Positions 57,351-64,000 of a stretch of 64,000 nt of DNA are shown in pieces. The DNA is from Clostridiales bacterium (GTDB lineage Bacteria > Bacillota > Clostridia > Oscillospirales > Oscillospiraceae), in contig JAAVHV010000007.1 in NCBI GenBank assembly GCA_014799505.1, positions 4,054-68,053 on the forward strand. Direction: 5' to 3'. Positions within the stretch are counted from its first letter, which is position 1. Each line of letters opens with the position of its first letter. The notes under the pieces were generated by a model. The model had not been told where the DNA came from. It worked only from the letters and a program-made list of their open reading frames with translations, and searched no databases. Both the position numbers and the translations under genes were made by a program.

Positions 57351-59117
57351 ATGGGTATTGCGGACGTTGTATCGCTGCTAGGCGGGCTGGCTTTTTTCCT
57401 GTTTGGCATGGCCCTTTTGGGGGACGGCCTGAAGCGGGTGGCGGGCAGCAAGCTGGAGACTATTTTGGGCAAATTGACCTCAAACCCCATCAAAGGAGTG
57501 CTGCTGGGCGCGCTGGTGACGGCGGTCATCCAGTCCTCCTCCGCCACCACCGTCATGGTGGTGGGCTTCGTCAACTCGGGCATCATGCAGCTCAGCAACG
57601 CTGTCGGCATCATTATGGGCGCGAACGTCGGCACCACCGCCACCGGCTGGGTGCTGACCCTGGCTGGTGTTGAGGGCGAAGGGGGCTTTACCTCCGCCAC
57701 AGTGTTCGCTTTTATTGCCTTTGTGGGTATCGTCCTGTATTTCTTCTGCCGTAAGCAGACGCAGAAAAACGTGGGGCTGATCCTGCTGGCCTTCTCCGTG
57801 CTCATGAGTGGGATGCAGGCCATGAGTTCCGCCATGGATCCGCTGAAGGAGGACGCGGCGTTCCTGCACTTCATCTCTGCCGCCTCTAACCCGGCGGTGT
57901 CCCTGTTTATCGGCCTGCTGGTCACGGCGGTGATTCAGTCGTCCTCCGCATCCATCGGTATTCTGCAGGCGCTGTCCATCACCGGGGCCATCAGCTACGA
58001 GGTGGCCATCCCCATGGTGCTGGGTATGTGCATCGGCGCGTGCGTGCCCGTGCTGCTGTCCGCCATCGGGGCAAACGCAAACGGCAAGCGTACCGCCATC
58101 ATCTACCTCTATTTCAATATTGTGGGCTCGGCGCTGTTTATGGTGCCGTTCTATGTGGCCCACCTCTTTATGGACTTTGACTTCATGGCCCTGCCCGCGT
58201 CCGCGCTGGGTATCGCCGTGTTCAACACCGTGTTCAAGGTGGCGGCTACGCTGATCCAGCTTCCCTTCACCACGCTGCTGGTGCGGCTGGCCGTACTTAC
58301 CGTCAAGGAGACGGGCGGCGAGGAGGACGAGGAGTTCGAGGAGAACCTGCTGGACGAGCGTTTCCTGGACTATCCGCCCCTGGCGCTGGAGCAGAGCGGC
58401 CGCACCGTGGTGCTGATGGCCTCGGCGGCCATGAAAAACCTGAACCGCTCCATTGAGCTGTTCACCACCTTCAACGGGGAGAAATATGAGAAGATCCTGA
58501 GCCGGGAAAACGTGGTGGACCGCTATGAGGACAAGCTGGGCAATTATCTGTTCCACCTGAACAGCCGGGGGCTGAACGAACGGGAGACGCTGGTCAGCTC
58601 CCACTATCTCCACTGCCTTACCGACCTGGAACGGATCTCCGACCACGCGGTGAACCTGGCGGATCTAGCCCGCGAGATGGACAGCAAGGGCGTCTCCTTC
58701 TCCCCCGACGGGCTGGAGGATATGAACCGCTCCGCCGGGGCGGTGCAGGAGATCGTCGACCTGGCCCAGCAGGCCCTGGTTCAGGAGGACATCGACGTGG
58801 CCCTGCGGGTGGAGCCGCTGGAGGAGGTCATCAGCACCATGCTGGAGGGCATGAAGCTGCGCCATATCCGGCGGCTGCAAAACGGCGTGTGCACGCTGGA
58901 GATGGGCTTTATCATCAACGACCTGATGAACAACTTCGAGCGCGTGGCCGCGCACTGCTCCAACGTGGCCCTGGCGGTGCTGGAGCTGCGTTACGCCGAC
59001 CTCCAGTTCCACAACTACGCCCGGGGCGTGCGGCAGGGCGATCAGCCGGAGTTCCGCCGCTGGCTGGCTTTCTATCAGAAGAAGTATCTCCGTGCCACCC
59101 CGTCCGAACAATCGTAA
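57351..59117 (+). CDS. Na/Pi cotransporter with PhoU domains
   Basis: Two QSSS motifs, GANVGTT, DLERISDHA, ERVAAHCSN. Confidence 0.93.
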   Translation: MGIADVVSLLGGLAFFLFGMALLGDGLKRVAGSKLETILGKLTSNPIKGVLLGALVTAVIQSSSATTVMVVGFVNSGIMQLSNAVGIIMGANVGTTATGWVLTLAGVEGEGGFTSATVFAFIAFVGIVLYFFCRKQTQKNVGLILLAFSVLMSGMQAMSSAMDPLKEDAAFLHFISAASNPAVSLFIGLLVTAVIQSSSASIGILQALSITGAISYEVAIPMVLGMCIGACVPVLLSAIGANANGKRTAIIYLYFNIVGSALFMVPFYVAHLFMDFDFMALPASALGIAVFNTVFKVAATLIQLPFTTLLVRLAVLTVKETGGEEDEEFEENLLDERFLDYPPLALEQSGRTVVLMASAAMKNLNRSIELFTTFNGEKYEKILSRENVVDRYEDKLGNYLFHLNSRGLNERETLVSSHYLHCLTDLERISDHAVNLADLAREMDSKGVSFSPDGLEDMNRSAGAVQEIVDLAQQALVQEDIDVALRVEPLEEVISTMLEGMKLRHIRRLQNGVCTLEMGFIINDLMNNFERVAAHCSNVALAVLELRYADLQFHNYARGVRQGDQPEFRRWLAFYQKKYLRATPSEQS

Positions 59118-59354
59118 GACTGCGCCCGGGCCGTCATGGCCCGGGCGTTTATCATGCGTGAGTTTTGAATTTGCTATTGCATTTTCCCGCAGGGCTATAT
59201 ATAATGGTGCAAAGACCCATGGGTCTTTGTTTGTGCTGAAGAACAGCACAAACAAGAAATACTCCGAACGGAGGGGGATGCGTATGACCGACAGCCCGCC
59301 GGGGAAACGGCCCGCCGCGCGACGCGCCTAAGGGTGGCGGGGCAGCAGGCAAGG

Positions 59355-59438
59355 CGCATTGGCAAACCATGGGAAACTGTGGGACGCAAAGCCAGAGGCT
59401 AAGGCGCGGGATTCCGCGTTAAGCCCGTTCGGTTGCAT
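59355..59438 (+). ncRNA. c-di-GMP-I (GEMM) riboswitch aptamer 1
   Basis: GGCAAACC-GAAA-GGGACGCAAAGCC..CTAAG..CGGTTGC. Confidence 0.85.
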
Positions 59439-59551
59439 GGCAAAACAGCGGAAACGCTGCGACGCAAAACCAGAGGCTAAGGGGCGCACTAGCCTTCTGA
59501 CTCCCATAGCGGAGGGAATTGAAGCAACGCCCTAAGCTCGTTCGGTTACCG
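59436..59551 (+). ncRNA. c-di-GMP-I riboswitch aptamer 2 (extended P3)
   Basis: GGCAAAAC-GAAA-GACGCAAAACC..CTAAG..CGGTTACC. Confidence 0.75.
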
Positions 59552-59593
59552 GATACCTTTGCGTCCGAAATATGCAAAGAAAGGGAGAAAAAC

Positions 59594-61315
59594 ATGAAAA
59601 AACTAAGCAAGATTTTGTCTGTGGGTCTGTCGCTGGTCATGTGCGCCAGCATGGTTGCCCCCGCGCTCGCCCTGGACATTGATCAGGCGTACATTGATGG
59701 TCTTACTGTCAAGAACGGCAACCAGTATAATGGGCGGCCGACATCGTATGTTGAGCTCAAGGCGACAGATGACGACAACGTGTTCAATTTTGTGGGGGAC
59801 GTTAAGACAGACAACGCTTTGGTATTTACGGGGAAAGATGTCACCGTAAACCTGAACGGCCACACGCTGGAGAACACCGGCAGCACATCCGCCATCTGGA
59901 CAAAAAACACCAACCTGACCGTGAACGGCGCGGACGAGAACGGCAACAAGGGCACCATCGAGGGCGGCAGCGCGACCGGCAAGGATTACCTGGCTGTAAG
60001 TAAGGGCGGCGGCATCCATGCTGATGGCGGAAACCTCACTGTGAGCGATGTCGATTTTACAGGGAACAAAGCGGTCACTGACGGAGCCGCCATCTGGGCC
60101 GAGGGGAATAGGACGGAAGGCAGCAACGTTACAATTAAGAACGTGACGGTGACCAATGGTGAAATGGGCGGCGGCGGCGCGATCACCGTGAATGGACATG
60201 ACAACACCTCGCTGGAGAATGTCACCATTACGGGGAACGTTGCCCAGGGCGCCGGCGGCGGCCTGGCGATCCAGAATGGTGGGAGCGCGTCGCTGACCAA
60301 CGTGACCGTCTCCGGCAATGAAGCCACGGGCGGCACGCTGCCTACCTCCACCCCCAGACCGATCGGCGGCGGCATCTATCTTGGGTACCTTGACGAGGTT
60401 TCCATGAAGAACGTCGAGGTCACCGGCAACAGCGCGGCCCAGGACGGCGGCGGTGTGGCCGCCGAGGTTGTTGAGAAGATCGCCATGGAGGACGTTACCA
60501 TAACCGGGAACACGGCTGGCGATTACGGCGGCGGCCTGTATATTTACTCCTACAATACCACCGTCAACGCCACCAACACCGTGATCGCCGACAACAAGGG
60601 TTATTGGGGCGGCCAAGAGGCCTTCGACAACGATGTGTATGCGTTCGCATACTATGGCAGACTTGAGCTCAGCGTGGGGCCGGTGACCCACAATGAACAG
60701 CAGTTCGACGGCTGGGGTGACAGCATGACCCTCGGAGAGTTTGCAAGGGTCGGCGATGAGGCTGGCGAGGATGGGATCTTTAAGAACAGCTTCGGCGGGA
60801 ATATTGCGTACATGACCTCCCACTGGATCACCCCGCCCGAGGAGCCGGAAACCCCCGACACCCCCGTGACCGACCCCACCGTCGAGATCGACGACGTGGA
60901 CGTGCCTCTGGCCGGCATCTTCACCCGCGCGGACGCCATTGGCTACCTGTGGGAGCAGAGCGGCAGCCCCGAGTGGGAGCTGTCCGACTTTGAGGATGTG
61001 CCCGAGGATCACTATTGGGCGGTCGCCATCGGCTGGGCCCAGGACATGGGCATCGCCCTGCCCGACCAGGACGGCAATTTCCGGCCCGACGACCTGGTGC
61101 TGCGCAGCGTGGAGAGCCTTGAGATCAGCCCCGAGGGCGAGCTGCAGGAGTTCCTGAACCGCTACGCGGTGTTTGCCGGCATTGAGCTGGACGAGGGCGA
61201 GCTCTTCATCGAGCTGGCCGGCGCGTGGGATGACGTCATCATGGGCGAGGAAGCCCAGGTCATCTTCAATGACTTCTTTGCCAAGCTGGAAGCGGCTCTG
61301 GCCAAGGCGGCGTAA
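59594..61315 (+). CDS. Secreted surface protein with beta-helix (PbH1/Pmp-like) repeats and SLH-like C-terminus
   Basis: Signal peptide; GGGI/TGN repeats; FEDVPEDHYWAVAIGWA..GNFRPDD. Confidence 0.82.
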   Translation: MKKLSKILSVGLSLVMCASMVAPALALDIDQAYIDGLTVKNGNQYNGRPTSYVELKATDDDNVFNFVGDVKTDNALVFTGKDVTVNLNGHTLENTGSTSAIWTKNTNLTVNGADENGNKGTIEGGSATGKDYLAVSKGGGIHADGGNLTVSDVDFTGNKAVTDGAAIWAEGNRTEGSNVTIKNVTVTNGEMGGGGAITVNGHDNTSLENVTITGNVAQGAGGGLAIQNGGSASLTNVTVSGNEATGGTLPTSTPRPIGGGIYLGYLDEVSMKNVEVTGNSAAQDGGGVAAEVVEKIAMEDVTITGNTAGDYGGGLYIYSYNTTVNATNTVIADNKGYWGGQEAFDNDVYAFAYYGRLELSVGPVTHNEQQFDGWGDSMTLGEFARVGDEAGEDGIFKNSFGGNIAYMTSHWITPPEEPETPDTPVTDPTVEIDDVDVPLAGIFTRADAIGYLWEQSGSPEWELSDFEDVPEDHYWAVAIGWAQDMGIALPDQDGNFRPDDLVLRSVESLEISPEGELQEFLNRYAVFAGIELDEGELFIELAGAWDDVIMGEEAQVIFNDFFAKLEAALAKAA

Positions 61316-61375
61316 AATCCCGCGGACAAAATCAAGCAACGGCAGAGGGCCGGACGCGAAAGCGTCCGGCCCTTT

Positions 61376-62254
61376 TTAAAGTCCGGTCAAATCAAAGGAG
61401 GGGATAAAGCCCTCACCCACGGCGTCCAGCTCCTGAACAAAGCCAGCCAATCCCAGGTTTTCCATGTATGTTTTGGCGGCGCGCAGCTCAGAGGGCCGCA
61501 GGGAACGGCGCAGCTCTGGAAAGCCGTTCAGCTCCCCCACCGGGGTATACTGGGCCATCAGCGAGAAGAGCACCGCCCCGGTTGGGAACGTCTCCGCGAT
61601 CCAGTCCATCACCCGCTTGGCCTCGTTCACCTGACCCGGCAGGATGAGGTGCCGGATGAGTACGCCGCTTTTCAGCAGGCCGTTTTCCAGCCGCGCTGGG
61701 CCCCGCTGGCGGTACATCTCTAGAATTGCGGCTTTAGCGGCCTCTGGGTAATCCCCCGCGCCGGAGTACTTGGCGGCGATTTTCGGTGTGACGTACTTTA
61801 GGTCGGGCAGGTACACGTCCACCTTGCCCTCCAGTGTGCGCAGAACCTCCGTCCGCTCATACCCGCCGCTGTTCCACACCACCGGCAGGCCGTTGGGAAC
61901 GGGCCGCTCCAGCACCCGGCTCAGCACATGGGTGAACTGGGTGGGGGTGACCAGCTCGATGCAGGAAGCGCCCTGATCCGCCAAGTGCTGAAAGACGGCG
62001 TACAGTTCGTCCTCAGTCAGCGCTTTGCCGAAGTTTTCCCGGCTGATGGAGGCGTTCTGGCAGAACACGCAGCCCAGGGTGCAGCCGGAGAAGAACACTG
62101 TCCCGGCTCCGGCTTTGCCGGATAGGCAGGGCTCCTCCCACAGGTGGAGGGCGGCTCGGGCGCACACGGGGAGGGCGGGCATTTGGCAGAAGCCCTCGCC
62201 GTGACCAGCGTCCCGCAGGGCCTCGCACTGCCGGGGGCAGAGGGTGCAGATCAT
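61376..62254 (-). CDS. Radical SAM protein (PflX-like)
   Basis: CTLCPRQC, EEPCLSG, CTLGCVFC, RHLILPG. Confidence 0.9.
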   Translation of the reverse strand: MICTLCPRQCEALRDAGHGEGFCQMPALPVCARAALHLWEEPCLSGKAGAGTVFFSGCTLGCVFCQNASISRENFGKALTEDELYAVFQHLADQGASCIELVTPTQFTHVLSRVLERPVPNGLPVVWNSGGYERTEVLRTLEGKVDVYLPDLKYVTPKIAAKYSGAGDYPEAAKAAILEMYRQRGPARLENGLLKSGVLIRHLILPGQVNEAKRVMDWIAETFPTGAVLFSLMAQYTPVGELNGFPELRRSLRPSELRAAKTYMENLGLAGFVQELDAVGEGFIPSFDLTGL

Positions 62255-62835
62255 GATTTTACAGGGCTGTCCGGGCCGAGATCCCCGGCTTTCCAGTGCT
62301 TCCGGCACAGGCCGATGTAGCAGTCGTTGGCCCCCAGCACCACCTGCTCCCCCTCCTTCAGCACCACGCCGTTTTTGTCAAACCGGGCGTTGCAGATGGC
62401 CTTTTTGCCGCACCAGCAGATGGTTTTGACCTCCTCGATGATGTCCGCGCAGGCCAGCAGGGCCTCCGAGCCGGGGAACAGCCGCCCGCTGAAATCGGCG
62501 CGCAGGCCGTAGCAGATCACCGGCACGTTCATGTCGTCCACGATTTGGGTGAGGTAGTCCACCTGGGCGTGGGAGAGGAACTGGGCCTCGTCCACGATGA
62601 CGCACTGGTAGGCGCGGATGTCGGCCACGGACATTTTTTCCAGATCCTCGAACCAGACGCAGGCGTAATTCAGCCCGATGCGGGAGTTGACCACGCTTTC
62701 CCCCTCCCGCTGGTCGATGGCGGGCTTTACCATCAGCGCCCGCTGGCCCCGCTCCTCGTAGTTGTAGCGCACCATCAGCGCGTTGGCGGATTTGCTGGAC
62801 CCCATCACGCCGTAGCGGAAATACAGCTTTGCCAT
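62251..62835 (-). CDS. tdk: Thymidine kinase
   Basis: YGVMGSSKS, VDEAQFL, YGLRADF. Confidence 0.95.
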   Translation of the reverse strand: MAKLYFRYGVMGSSKSANALMVRYNYEERGQRALMVKPAIDQREGESVVNSRIGLNYACVWFEDLEKMSVADIRAYQCVIVDEAQFLSHAQVDYLTQIVDDMNVPVICYGLRADFSGRLFPGSEALLACADIIEEVKTICWCGKKAICNARFDKNGVVLKEGEQVVLGANDCYIGLCRKHWKAGDLGPDSPVKS

Positions 62836-62837
62836 GT

Positions 62838-63917
62838 TCAGTTTCCTCCGTTCAATCTCTCTTTCGCCAGCTTCAGCGCCCGGTCAAAGGCGTTGGGGAC
62901 GGCGTATTTCTGTTCTAGTTCCGTTCTGTCGGCCCATGCCCAGCCGGGGGGCAGTTCGTCCGAGGCTGCCTCCACCGCCCGCAGGGCCATGTGCCACTCG
63001 ATGTGGGTGAAGATGTGCTTTGCCTGTCCGGCGTACTCCTGGGCCAGGGCTTCGATGCCCCACGCCCCCGGAAGAGGGCCGTCCCCCGGCTCGTTGGGGA
63101 ACTCCCACAGCCCTGCCAGCAGTCCCCGCGTTGGGCGGCGGCGCAGGGCCACCCGATTTGCGTGGAAGATGAGCCACACCGTGCGCTCCTCCACCCGCCG
63201 GGGCTTCTTTGGGGCCTTTACCGGCAATTCCGCGATACGCCCCTGGGCCAGGGCGGCGCAGAAGCCCTTTGCCGGACAGCGGTCACACAGCGGCGCGCCG
63301 TTTGGCAGGCACACCGTGGCCCCCAGCTCCATCAGCGCCTGGTTGAACGCCCCCGCGGCGTGGACGGGGATGACCGCTTCCAGGGCCTGGGTCACCTTTT
63401 TCTTCATCTGGGGGGTGGAGATGTCCCCATCGTCCCCCACGATCCGGGCGTATACCCGCAGCACGTTGCCGTCCACGGCGGGGACAGCCTGCCCAAAGGC
63501 GATAGAGCAGATGGCCCCGGCGGTGTAGTCCCCTACGCCGGGGAGTGCCCGGATGGCGGCATGATCCGGCGGAAACGCCCCGCCATAGTCCTCTACGATG
63601 ACCTTTGCCGCTTTTTGCAGGTTCCGGGCCCGGGAGTAGTACCCCAGCCCCTGCCACAGCTTCATCAGCCGCTCTTCCGGGAGGGCGGCCAGCGCCGCTA
63701 CATCCGGGGCCTCGGCCAGAAACCGTTTGTAGTAGTCCAGCACTGCCGCCACACGGGTCTGCTGGAGCATGATCTCCGACAGCCAGACGTGGTAGGGGGT
63801 GGGGTCGTCCCGCCAGGGGAGGGGCCGGGCGTTGTCCCGGAACCACTCCAGCAGGGGGATGGGCAGTCGTTCCAATGCGTCCACGGCGGGCCTCCTGAGT
63901 TTGATAAGATAATTCAT
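62838..63917 (-). CDS. mutY: A/G-specific adenine glycosylase
   Basis: SEIMLQQT, WQGLGYYSRARNL, LPGVGDYTA, VDGNV, Fe-S cluster Cys; start uncertain. Confidence 0.95.
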   Translation of the reverse strand: MNYLIKLRRPAVDALERLPIPLLEWFRDNARPLPWRDDPTPYHVWLSEIMLQQTRVAAVLDYYKRFLAEAPDVAALAALPEERLMKLWQGLGYYSRARNLQKAAKVIVEDYGGAFPPDHAAIRALPGVGDYTAGAICSIAFGQAVPAVDGNVLRVYARIVGDDGDISTPQMKKKVTQALEAVIPVHAAGAFNQALMELGATVCLPNGAPLCDRCPAKGFCAALAQGRIAELPVKAPKKPRRVEERTVWLIFHANRVALRRRPTRGLLAGLWEFPNEPGDGPLPGAWGIEALAQEYAGQAKHIFTHIEWHMALRAVEAASDELPPGWAWADRTELEQKYAVPNAFDRALKLAKERLNGGN

Positions 63918-64000
63918 TTTACCACGGGAAGTGGGATTCATCAAGCCTTGACAGAGATCATTCACTGCCGTAAAATAAGCAAAAATCCAACGAGGTGATC

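Overview
High-GC Firmicutes-type chromosome window; gene content suggests Oscillospiraceae-like Clostridia, which is an inference. Bases 1-19.9 kb form a defence/mobile island. It holds a 16-repeat CRISPR array in which no two repeats are identical and a type III-D cas operon (HD-less Cas10, Csx10-like Cas7-Cas5 fusion, Cas7-Cas7, Csx19, Cas7-insertion, CARF-HEPN effector, Cas6). No cas1/cas2 is present in the window. A solitary repeat with its own copy of the array promoter, a small Ala/Thr-rich peptide gene and a CARF-only + sigma-like gene pair follow. After these come an Ec67-type retron (RT-TOPRIM with ncRNA) between two identically truncated tyrosine-integrase remnants, an IS5-family element and a large serine recombinase. 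Bases 19.9-64 kb are mostly housekeeping: sucrose-type PTS/amylosucrase locus, feoB, GlcNAc PTS, tmk, mtaB, fbp, recR, rpe, ilvA, telA operon, Na/Pi transporter, tandem c-di-GMP-I riboswitches before a surface protein, tdk and mutY. Best candidate for an undescribed system: a CARF-sigma regulatory module attached to type III-D CRISPR. An exact bipartite motif, CCAGCCCTGAAA-N14-AACGAGTA, lies upstream of both the cas operon and the small peptide gene, back-to-back with an antisense single-repeat RNA. All calls were made by eye from motifs; no database searches were run.
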